A stretch of DNA of 63,717 nucleotides, counting the filler, from Reticulomyxa filosa (taxonomy: Eukaryota; Protista; Foraminifera), in assembly GCA_000512085.1 (NCBI GenBank). It is 18 parts of 18 records of this genome, joined end to end, with 100 filler letters (N's around TTAATTAATTAA, not from the genome) between each part and the next. Parts side by side here need not be neighbours in the genome. Positions count along the whole stretch, not along the records: positions 10,099 to 12,497 come from ASPP01019975.1; positions 12,598 to 13,612 come from ASPP01019619.1; positions 13,713 to 15,460 come from ASPP01023802.1; positions 15,561 to 16,820 come from ASPP01024741.1; positions 16,921 to 22,088 come from ASPP01018250.1; positions 22,189 to 23,495 come from ASPP01046011.1; positions 23,596 to 26,079 come from ASPP01009169.1; 11 more parts are not named here. One strand, given 5' to 3'. Position 1 is the first letter of the stretch. Each line of letters opens with the position of its first letter. The notes beneath the pieces were generated by a model that had not been told where the DNA came from, did not search any database, and saw nothing but the letters and a program-made list of their open reading frames with translations. This document shows positions 12,481-23,712 of the stretch, in pieces. Position numbers and translations under genes: made by a program.

Positions 12481-14553
12481 TTTTTTTTTTTTTTTTTNNN
12501 NNNNNNNNNNNNNNNNNNNNNNNNNNNNNNNNNNNNNNNNNTTAATTAATTAANNNNNNNNNNNNNNNNNNNNNNNNNNNNNNNNNNNNNNNNNNNNAAA
12601 AATATAAATAAATTAGAAAAAAAAAGAAAATAATAATAAAGAAGATAATAATAAATAAAAAAAAAATTAAAAAGACGTATAAAAAAAAAAGTGGACATTG
12701 GTGGACTCGTTGTAAAATATTGAAATATATTGTGGTTGTTCCGGATAGCCTACAAATTGATTTTGCAGTTATTTCTTAAAAAAAACAAATTGAAAACAAA
12801 ACAAAAAGCTTTCATTAATGTACATTGTTTTGTGATATACAGACTTGTAGAACTTAGCTGAAATCGTTCTCGTTTTTGGATAACTGAATGTATTATCTAG
12901 TGGACGCATATCCAGATAAAAATTTTGCATATGTGCCGAAAGTATTTCGCATGGGGGAATAAGCTGTATCATGTACAAGCCGGATTACGCTTCAAACGAC
13001 CAAGTCCAACGTGATGAATCCCAATTACACTCAAAAAATGTTTGGAACAAAATATTATTTATTATCAAAGCTGGAGAAGCAATTTATGTACCGTTGTCAG
13101 TGGAAGATCAATACATTATTACAAATTGACACTAGATGCGAAGGAGTCAATCGCCAATGCCAATGTAAAGTCCTAGTTGCAATCCACACCACCCAATCAC
13201 TATCATACGCAACCACTTACTGGAACTTGTTCACATGAATCCACTCCACCTCCGATGTAATCTCAGTGTTATCCTCCGACCTCGGCCCCAACTTTTTCTC
13301 CCATCCCATGTCCTGCTGTGAAGTCGACCATTGATCGAGTTATCTATCGTACTCGAGCTCACGTCTATTCGAATACTAGTTTTTATGGAATGTTCCTGCA
13401 TTGCCCCCGACCACATGTGTTGACAAAGCCAACTACAATTTTTCGTGGAAAATATTGTCTGCTATAACCTTCAGTATCCGTTTGTTGTGCTTTATTGTAT
13501 AATCACACAAATCCTTTCAAGACATGTACGTTTATGCCATGAAAAACGACAAATATTTTTGGATTTGGATTTTTGATTTGCAGTTATTACTGCCGTTGTG
13601 CTAACTCGGTCANNNNNNNNNNNNNNNNNNNNNNNNNNNNNNNNNNNNNNNNNNNNTTAATTAATTAANNNNNNNNNNNNNNNNNNNNNNNNNNNNNNNN
13701 NNNNNNNNNNNNCAACAAATCCAAAAACTCCAAAGAGATATGGACTATCTAACGAATGTAATAGCTAAGGCTCGTGCGGATCCAATAATGCAATCGCCTC
13801 TTGAGAGTAAAAGCGTAAGCATTTTAACAAATTATATAAATATTGTACCAAACACGCGCGACCAAGAAGCCAACAGGTTAGCTGGAACACAATAAAAGAT
13901 TGTTGTGAATGATCAGGAATGAAATTCCAAAAGAGAAAATAAGTAAAATTATTTGTTTTGCATTTCTTTTTTTGCAATTTTTTTACTGTTAACTTACTTT
14001 TTTTAGATATGTTTTTTTATTTTATTCAAACAAAAAATTTTTAGTTTAGAAAAAGAAAAATTTGTTACTGATTGTCTTACGTGCACTTTATAATTTTTTT
14101 TCGTTTTTGTTTGCTATTATATGTGATAATGTATATTTTGGGTCATTATACTTCGAAATAAAATTTAGTTTTCATAATTTTGGAATAAATTCTTTCGTTA
14201 CAATAATTTTAATAGCTTTAAAGTTTATAAAAGTTCAAAATTTAAAAATTAGATAAATTTTGCAATCAAAATAGTTCGTATAATTTAGAATAATTTATAT
14301 CATACAATCGTCCAAAAAAAACTCACTATAAAGATTTGTAATTTTATGATAAAAAATGAACATTTTTAAATCTTTTTGTAAATGATACAGTCAGTTGCAA
14401 AAAAAAGATCACCTAAACTGCATCCATATAAACATTTGCACTTTTATTAATGAAAAATCATATTTTTTGAACATTTTAATGATATCTAGACATTCTAGGG
14501 AATTTAAAAAGATTTTTGGTTTTTAATAAAAGTGAGAAAATCGTGTAAAAATA

Positions 14554-14800
14554 CAGTAGGGTAAAAGAAAACTGAACCCAAAATGCCACATTATAGAGAT
14601 AATTGTGATCCTCCATGGAAAAATAACATTTAATTCAAATTTAAAAATATCTACAAATCGTGTAGTTTTTAGATATTGTTTTGGTATTATATCTTTACAC
14701 TTTTTTATTCTTTCATTTGATTTTAGTAAAATTTCAAAAAAAGTTTACGATCGGTTTTTCTTGTGTCATGAAATTGACAATCTTTTTTAAAATTTTTTTG
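14554..14800. mobile_element. Tc1-family terminal inverted repeat and subterminal relic
   Basis: TA|CAGTAGG.. matches the TIR of the 46940-48796 element, and the sequence after it resembles that element's right subterminal region. Confidence 0.6.
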
Positions 14801-15305
14801 TGTATTTTTTAGGTTTTTGCTATTGATTTTATTTATTATTATTATTTATTAAATTCTTATTGCATTTCTTTTTTTTACTGAAAAGGAGAATATTTAGATA
14901 ATTTTGTAAGATTTACTGTTGAAATGATATTAAACGGCTCAAATTATTAAAGTGCCAAAAGTTTATGCTTAGCACGAATGTGCTACAAAATAGTTTTCAA
15001 TTTTAAAAAAAGACAGAATCCTTATGAAAAAGCATTCACTAGACAGCGGATACCTTTGATAATATGTCGTGATATTTTCATGTTGATGAAATGACAAATG
15101 TTTTAAAGCAAGAAATGTTATAAGAGTAATGAAAACAAAATCATGATTCTATTTTTCTCAATTAAAACCATGTTAAGACAAAGCAGTCAAAATAACAAGT
15201 AGCCGAAAATTTTTTACCAAAGTCAAATAAAAAATCAAATTTTGAACAAAGTAAAAAGCTCAAAAATGTATTATATATATTTTTTTATTTCAAATTAATT
15301 CAAAA

Positions 15306-15460
15306 TAGTTCCAAGAGTTCCAAGAATTCCAAGAGTTGCAAGAGTTGCAAGAGTTCCAAAAGTTGCAAGAGTTCGAAGAGTTGCAAGAGTTCGAATAGTT
15401 CCAAGAGTTCCAAGAGTTGCAATAGTTTCAAGAGTTCCAAGAGTTCCAAGAGTTCCAAGA
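15306..15460. repeat. 9-bp minisatellite (GAGTTCCAA consensus, 17 copies), running into the gap
   Basis: Directly visible units gagttccaa, gagttgcaa and gagttcgaa. Confidence 0.9.
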
Positions 15461-15582
15461 NNNNNNNNNNNNNNNNNNNNNNNNNNNNNNNNNNNNNNNN
15501 NNNNTTAATTAATTAANNNNNNNNNNNNNNNNNNNNNNNNNNNNNNNNNNNNNNNNNNNNAAAAAAAAAAAGCCAACTACAC

Positions 15583-16470
15583 ATGAAGAAAAATGAAAGT
15601 GCAAGGGATGAGAGTAAACAAGAAGACGAAGATACATCAACAAACTCATCTGCACAAGTTCTTGAGTCACATCTTGCTCAATTTGTGGAGGCATGGAGTT
15701 GGTTTGATCCAATGGCAACAGAGCGTGTTTCGGTTGGTCATATTTATGACTTGTTGCAAAAAGTTCCTCTACCTCTTGGAATTGGTGAATCAGGTACAGG
15801 AAAAGATCTGAATCAATTATTGAAAGAATGTGAAATTGGAGTTCAATCAGATAACACAATAATATTTCATGAATTATTATATGCATTGTGTGAACGGATG
15901 GAAGGATGTTATGTCAATGAAGATTGTAAAATTGTGATGAATATTCATAAACGATTTTATCGAAAATTTTCAATTCTTGTTCCTAATACTCCAACATTAA
16001 GATTTGTTTGGGCCGTTACAAGAGTTCAAAGAGCTTGGAAAAAAAGATTGTTATATTTGCGTGCAAAAAAAAAGATGAATCTGTCCAGACGTTCAATTGT
16101 AAATGCATCTTTACAACAACAACAAGAGAATCAAATACCCGAATTAAATACATTTGAAAAAAAATTAGAAATTGTGAGTTCAACAAAATGCCTTAATGTT
16201 GATACTTCTTTAATACTGGAAAGTAAAGATATATCATCTCTTCCAATCACTGTTGTAAATAAGATTGAAGAGTATTCAGATCCAAGTATCAATATGCTTA
16301 TTAAGCAAGAATCCAAATTAAATCAAAAGACACAAGAAACAACTTGTATTCAACTCACAGACAATAAACACCAAGATGATGCAAGTATATTATCAAAAAA
16401 ACAAATAAATCCTTGTGTTGAAAATGAAATCGAAATTGAAAGAGAACAAATTACTGACATTTCAAAATGA
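15583..16470 (+). CDS. Voltage-gated Ca2+/Na+ channel alpha subunit, C-terminal EF-like/IQ region (5'-partial)
   Basis: HLAQFVEAWSWFDPMAT..YDLLQKVPLPLGIG..SDNTIIFHELLYAL matches the Cav/Nav post-S6 GPHH/EF-like domain. IQ-like motif AVTRVQRAWKKR follows. Confidence 0.8.
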   Translation: MKKNESARDESKQEDEDTSTNSSAQVLESHLAQFVEAWSWFDPMATERVSVGHIYDLLQKVPLPLGIGESGTGKDLNQLLKECEIGVQSDNTIIFHELLYALCERMEGCYVNEDCKIVMNIHKRFYRKFSILVPNTPTLRFVWAVTRVQRAWKKRLLYLRAKKKMNLSRRSIVNASLQQQQENQIPELNTFEKKLEIVSSTKCLNVDTSLILESKDISSLPITVVNKIEEYSDPSINMLIKQESKLNQKTQETTCIQLTDNKHQDDASILSKKQINPCVENEIEIEREQITDISK

Positions 16471-16920
16471 AATTTATTCCACAAAAAATATTGCATTAAT
16501 GAAATCAACATTTGTAAATGCTATTTCTGTGTGCATTTTTCTTAAGTCTTTTTTTGACATTTATATAAAAAAATTAACAAATAAAAAAAGACAAACATTG
16601 CAAAAAAAACTTAAACTAGACATTGTAATATTATTGTGAAAGTTTCATTCTTAAATTTTTTTTTTTTTTTTTTTGCAACTGTCTTTTTATTTGTTTATTG
16701 TCAATGTTTTGTTTTGATCTCTTGAGTAAATTTGTTTGTATATGCATAACCGTTTTTTTCTTAGCAATACAACTTTTAAATTTTGAAATTGGGTAAATAT
16801 ATTTATTTTTGATAACAAAANNNNNNNNNNNNNNNNNNNNNNNNNNNNNNNNNNNNNNNNNNNNTTAATTAATTAANNNNNNNNNNNNNNNNNNNNNNNN
16901 NNNNNNNNNNNNNNNNNNNN

Positions 16921-19900
16921 TAACTTTTTTTTTTTTTTTTTTTTGGAAAAAAAAAAAAAAAAAATATTACAATAAAAAAGTAAATACCTAAATTTACAAT
17001 CAAAGTATCTGTTTTGAGACTCGAAATACCATTGACTGTGCAAGATGTACTCCCTTGCACATATTGTGACATTCAACTTTGGCTTGTTGCCAAACTTGCA
17101 GAAATGAGGACTGAACAATTCGATAATTGGAGCCTCAAAGTTACATTCACCATTCATTTGCAAATGGGACGATTCATTGAATAAGATATGTTCAGCTTTG
17201 ACTTGTATCCCCTCTGAGGCTCCAATCACTCCAAAATTATGGAACTTCTGACACATGTTTTGCATTTTTGTGCACTTCACGTATCCATTCTCTTGGATAA
17301 TCCAATCCAAGCCTTCGCTTATAATCTCGCCGTCGCTATAAATGTACCCATTGCTTCGAATCACCCCTCCGGTTTCCCCTTCTTTTTGATTGTTTCGGAA
17401 TATAATTTTTGGCCCAATTATACGGCCTGAAGTTGTTACTATTAGTTCATTTGCTTTGATAATGGCATCGTTTTGTCCTTTTTTTCCCCCCCACCAATAT
17501 TTAAAAAAAAAGAGGGAGTTTAGTATACGTATTTCGCCCCCTCCCCCCCCCCCCTTTTATTATCACAAAAGAAAAACCTAAACAAACCAGTATCCAATTC
17601 TCCTTCTATAATTAAGGTATTGACCTCGACTAATGGAGTTTTCCATTTCTCATGTTTGCGGATACGTACTCGGTCTCCAGTTAACATTCCCTCCATGCTT
17701 ATAGCCTCGGATTGGATACTTGCTCCATTGATGGAAACTTGACAGCCTTTAAAGTCGACCTTGTGGCACTCTATTCTACCCTCTCGTTTCATGTTAAGAC
17801 AGATATTTGCTTGAAAATAACACTTGCCTCTGTTCGAAAGGATAGTGCCGCCGAAATAGATGCAGTAGACACTCCGAAAAACTACGTATCCAGAGGTGAA
17901 CAGAGCAGTTTGCTCAATGTGCATGTTTTGCGAGCAATCGAAAATGGTCATGCTATTTTCTCCTGTTAATTTTCCATAGATTTTCATCTCTTTGGAGCTG
18001 CCCAATCGCACAAAATTTTTATTCGGTAAAAATTGCAATATGTGGTTTTGATCATCCAAGTGCAAACTCTGAAATGGGTCTTTCAGATGTGCATATTGCA
18101 TTTCTTCTGCAGCTGGAGCATTGTTGCGAATCTCTCCATTTTCTTCCAATGTCAGACTTCCACATCGAGAATGTATGGACAATTGAGCTCCATTTTGACA
18201 GATCCCAGCAAGATTGACATTTCCATCCGCAATAATGTGTAGTATATCTTCATTAATCAATTCACTATTTTCTTCCATTATAAATGATTGTGATAACAAT
18301 ACCATGCTCTTGCACTTTATATGGACGTTGCAGTGCTGATAATGTATGCACGCACCCTTCCATTTCAGTACTTCAAATTGAAGCTCCGTTTTGTTGTCGC
18401 AACGAAATAGCTCAATCTCCCATGTGCTTATGCCTCCACATTTCACCTTCACTTTGTTTTGTAAAATCCAATCTCTTCCTTTGCACTCCATATTTCCTGT
18501 ATACGTTTTTTGACATCCCATCATAGTAGTGGTGCACACATCCAAAGATTTGCAAATTGTGACTCTTTTTTTTTTTTTTTTTAAAAAAAAAAATATTTTC
18601 TTCAAACCTGCACAAAGGACTTGGGCTTCGTTCCGCAAATCAAACTGGTTGGCAACATGCACAAAACAGTAGCTCTTTTTGTCAAAAGTTTGGATGACTC
18701 CGCCGTCAAATTCCACGCGAGGACAGTCGAGGAACATTTGAGGGACCTCAAAATAGGTGTGCAATGGGACTCCATTTTTTTTCCATATATTTCGTAGCTG
18801 CAACTCTTGAATTACCGATTTGGTATTGGTGTCTATTTGCTCCTTTCCTAGCAGTAATTTGGTGTTCATGTTTGAAGAAAGTTGGTTTCTGCAAGCAATT
18901 GAAAGCCAACGATAGCTTTGGATCGTGCCATTGCATTTCAGTTTGTCGACAATATTGATCACGGACAAGTCGCTCGTGATTCTTCCATTGCAATCTGCTT
19001 CCGACGCATCTAAATAAAATATCCCATGACAAATGGTGTCACCCTCGACTTCTTCTTTGTACTTTTGGACATGAATATGTGCAATCACTCCAGTTTCTAT
19101 TGCACCTCTCTGCTCCATTGTGTCACACTCTACGTATAAGTAACCATCGGTAATGAGACTCCCTCTATTGTTATGGAAGATTGATTGTGTGTTGTGTTCG
19201 TCAATGGGTTGCAAAGATTGACCACCATGTTGCAACTTTGTGATAAAACAGTTGCCAAATTGTTTCATTGTTGCACCTTGAAGAGTGAAACGTTTTTCGA
19301 ATTCAATCCACGTGGAAATGCTTCGCACTCTCATGTCCTGGTTCAACTCCAAACTTTCTCCACGTAGCCAAAATCTTGCACATTTGACGTCACAGTCGTG
19401 TGACACCACTACCGTCCGTGCAAAAAGTGCAAACACATCGCCGACTTGCAAAGATCCATGCAATTGCACAGTTGTGTGTTTGGAGCATTGAATAAAAACA
19501 CCATTACATTTTGGAAACTTTTCAAAATTACTCAAGTTCAATACAACAAACTCGGGAGTGAAAACGTGAACATACAAGTACTTTTTTTTATTATTAAAAA
19601 TCAAAAAATCTTTCGTTATAGTGACTTTCTTATCTTCATGTGAATCTTGACGGCTTTTGTTTTGCGGTTTTTTTGCTTTTTTTTCATCCACGCTACCCTT
19701 CGATCGATGGCAAGAAATTGTCTCAATTAATGGGAACGTAAAGTAAATTGTACGGCTCTGATCTCGAGTTGCCTCTACTATTTTGATCACTGGCAGCTGC
19801 CAATAGTCTTGCACTTCTCTGCACTTTTCGAGCATTTGACTAATGGAGCCATTCACAAAAATAAACTCATTTCATTGATTCACTGCCAAAAAAAATTTAT

Positions 19901-22088
19901 ATACAAGTTATACGTATACATATATATATATGTATACGTATAACTTGTATATCTTGTCGGAAGACAATTTTGACAACAATTTTTAATATGAGTGACGGCC
20001 ATCGTCCACGACTTCAAATCTGGTACTAAACTTCGGGGAACGTTTGCATCGATTCGTATTGGGTTGCACTCTGCGTCATAAGGACTGAGCAGTTTTTTGA
20101 ATTCCAATTGCACTGGCCCACTCTGATGATCAGTCTCTTCCGGCACTGTTTTTGATAGGGTCTTCGTTGACAAGAGCGCAGATAAGGACTTGCTTCTTTG
20201 ATACGCTGGCCGTTTTGGAGACTTGTCACTGGAAATGGAGGCTATGCTCGATCGCTTTTGCATATGTTTACCTGGCGATGGCCTGTTTGTAGGCGTTGCA
20301 CAGGAGCGTGGTGTTCTAGCAGCCTTTCGCAAATCCGTCGTTGATGTTGTTGCAACAAGAGATGGAGCCAGTAATTGAAGAGTGGCCGAGGGCGCAAACA
20401 CGCTGGACAAAATGTCCACCCATTGGCCACTTAAGTATTTTTTTGCATCAAAGTATTGAATATAGCTGGTATGATATGCCATTGCTTGCGTATACGTCAA
20501 TGTCTCTGTGCAAAAATGATGGAGCCACAAATATGCAAATTATATACATATATATATAAATATATGCATATATATGTATATATTAACAAAAAATACCTTG
20601 AATAGGTTTTTCCTCAATTTTGTTTTCTTCTTGAAAATTATTGGATGATGAATCAAACAATTCAACTTGGAAATGACAACGCGCGGCCATGAGCTGGAAA
20701 AAGACTTGCACCGCAAAATCTCCACATTCGAAATCGAATTGTTTGCATTTGAGTTCCAAGTGATTTAAAGCGTGGCCGATCCTCATATCTTGCTCTTGCA
20801 GGGCATAAGAAATGGAGCTGATTGCAGAAATGGTGAATGGATTTCGGTTCAAAGATAGACACTCCAATCGCAACTTGGATTGCTTTATGAATGTGTCAAA
20901 TAGACATTGAATAGCATTGTCAGTCAATCCAACATCAATCAGCGCCAATCTCTTCAAATTCAAGAATTGCGATGGATCGCTAGGTACTTTGGCTTTGGCA
21001 AGTCCTTCGCATAATGTGGCGACACAAAGATCATCACACTTTGTGTGGCAAAGTTCCAAGTCGGCGATGCTCCCATAATCTTCAAAATGTCTGGCCAACG
21101 AGTGCATAATTTTGGAGTCAATCCCGCACATTGCCAACTGGCTCCAGTTATACATTTTCGATAAGTTGCGGATCCATCGCTTTTGTCCATCATGGCATTT
21201 GTTTTCATCGCGCTCGTATATCAATTTCAACTTCAATGCTTCTTTCCTCTCTATTTTTTTACATGGACGTGGCCAAAAGTCTCCATTATGTCCCAATTTA
21301 TGACACCACTCGTACATTGTTTGGTCCATGATCTCCGGTCTCACTTTCTCATGATAATGCAACAATCCTTGCGCAAAGATATCCAAGGCCTCATCTCGCA
21401 ACACCATTTTCTGAAGGGTTTATTTCACCCGTTTCCCAAAGGTGCAATAGGCTCTCCATTATCTCTGTTCAAATTCTTTTTTTTATTCTCACTCGGTTTT
21501 TTTTGCTCTTGCTGGTGCTCGCGAACATCAATGCAAGGAATAAATCCGGCATGTACAAGCTTCATCCATTTCATTTCATTTCATTTCATTGAATAAACGA
21601 ACGAGAAAAACACAAACAAGCAAAGGGGACTACCATGCAACAAAACAAAAAAATACGTATACTATGATGATGATGATATTATTATTATTATTATTATTGT
21701 TGTTGCAAAACTTAAAAGCGACAGATAAAGGAAGAATGGGTCGCAAAGAATACTTGGAATCATTATTGGACTCCACTAATGACGCCATATTGACATTGAC
21801 TCCTGTTGCGACTAAAAGTAAGGCCATTTGATAAAACGGCTTTTTGGACTCATCTATTTTTCGTAATTGTTGCAACGTTTTCATCAATGGCGAGAAGGCG
21901 ACGTCATTGGACTCCAAGGCTTGCATCCCAAAGTTCAACCACTCCTCCACCTTCTTCTTCTTCTTCTTCTCACATTTTGGAACTGAGGAGTACTCTTTTT
22001 CGTCCACTTCCATCTCACTGGCTCGGTTTTGCAGTTCCATGCAAATGTAAAACACGCACTCGGGTGCTTTCGAGTTTATCGCGTGAAA
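16921..22088 (-). CDS. Large multi-exon protein: RNI-like leucine-rich repeats, Ser/Thr linker, then a long beta-solenoid-like region (partial)
   Basis: LRRs LKRLALIDVGLTDNAIQCL, LECLSLNRNPFTISAISSI and LNHLEL. Co-oriented ORFs of 141, 274, 216, 778 and 163 aa are separated by intron-like AT/microsatellite tracts. Confidence 0.65.
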
Positions 22089-22188
22089 NNNNNNNNNNNN
22101 NNNNNNNNNNNNNNNNNNNNNNNNNNNNNNNNTTAATTAATTAANNNNNNNNNNNNNNNNNNNNNNNNNNNNNNNNNNNNNNNNNNNN

Positions 22189-23495
22189 AGCAATGCAGTT
22201 CGAAGCATTGTAAAGAGCGTTTGGTTTAACACAGGCGCATAAAAGCTTCTCGGATAATTGTTGGCGCGCAAGACCAAAGAAGGTGTCGAACTGCGATTTA
22301 TAGGCGCCAATGAACATCGAACATTTTATCGTTATGAAAATCGCTCTAATTTGGATAATGCAAAGTTTGACCACTCATACCAAAAAATTTAGTGTGTGCG
22401 CACATCTGGAACTTTGGATTGGATCGTACGTATACTGATGGGAGAAGCATTGAGATCGCGAAACATTGGACATTGTTAATAGGTGAAGAAAGAAAGAAAG
22501 CTAGTTGCATTTTCCGAGTCCGTCGCTGCAAAAGTATGTGCCTTGCGTTTGTCGAGTAAACGTCTGTTATCTTGCTGAACTGCCTCTGAGGTCAACTATA
22601 AACTACAGACAACGTATTGGATAGCAATCAAGAAATCAAGAAGTGGAAGACGAAGAATGAAAGAACATGAACATTGTTAAAAAATAATCAACATTTACGA
22701 CCGAGCAACCACTACATCGGAAAAAATCATCTCACGTAAGTGGTCCAATTTAGTTATGCCGAAACTCCAAGACGCCCGCAAGAAAGAAGAGAAAGAGGAG
22801 ATGATAATGAAGAGAATAAAAATAACATCAAGTCCGTATCGCGTTAATTTGCCTAAAGGAAAAAAAAAAGAAAGAAAGTAGTTGGCCTGCTTTATTGGAG
22901 TTGGTAATTGATTTGCACTCTACGTCTTGAACCACGCAAAATCGCAACTTGGTGACTTGACTATCTTTAAATAGCGCGCACCAACGGAAAGTATTAAACA
23001 AATATGGCAATGTCTAGCAGTGGTGGCACGAAGTATTTGAAAGAGCGTGTTTACCATCCAACGTAAACAGACATAAGTCTCTGGTACTGTGTCACGCCAA
23101 CAATTAGCAGCAAAGATTGTATCGAACTTCGAGCTACTGGTGCCAACGAACGAACAATGGAAACTTGGTCGTAATGGAAATAGAGCTCTAATTTGTATCA
23201 ACTCAGGACAACAACCGAAACTGGCTGCGTGCGTGCGCACATGCATACATGTTGGGTTTTGAATCATGGGCGTGTTGATGAGAGAAATGATAAACTCACA
23301 ATCGACATTGATCATTACTAATTGATTGAATAAAGATAGCTTATCGCATTTTCTGGTTCAATCACTTCAAAAATCGTTTGTCTTGCGTTTGTGGAACAAA
23401 TGCATATTATCTTTAACAAACTACGTCCTGGATCGACTATTGACCAATGGCAACGTGTTAGATGGCAATCAAGAGCAAGAGAGAATAATAGCATA
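22189..23495 (+). pseudogene. Decayed tandem repeated-domain gene (period ~840 bp)
   Basis: 22260-22640 aligns with 23100-23480 (KEGVELRFIGANEHRT vs KDCIELRATGANERT). Many stops. Confidence 0.5.
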
Positions 23496-23712
23496 NNNNN
23501 NNNNNNNNNNNNNNNNNNNNNNNNNNNNNNNNNNNNNNNTTAATTAATTAANNNNNNNNNNNNNNNNNNNNNNNNNNNNNNNNNNNNNNNNNNNNAAAAA
23601 AAAAAAAAAAAAGAGAGGGGGGGGGGGGGGGGGGGGGGGAGAAGAGGAGAAAAATAGATCATTCTATTGTCTTTTTTTAATCTTTGTGTTTTGTTTCTCT
23701 TTGGATTATATA

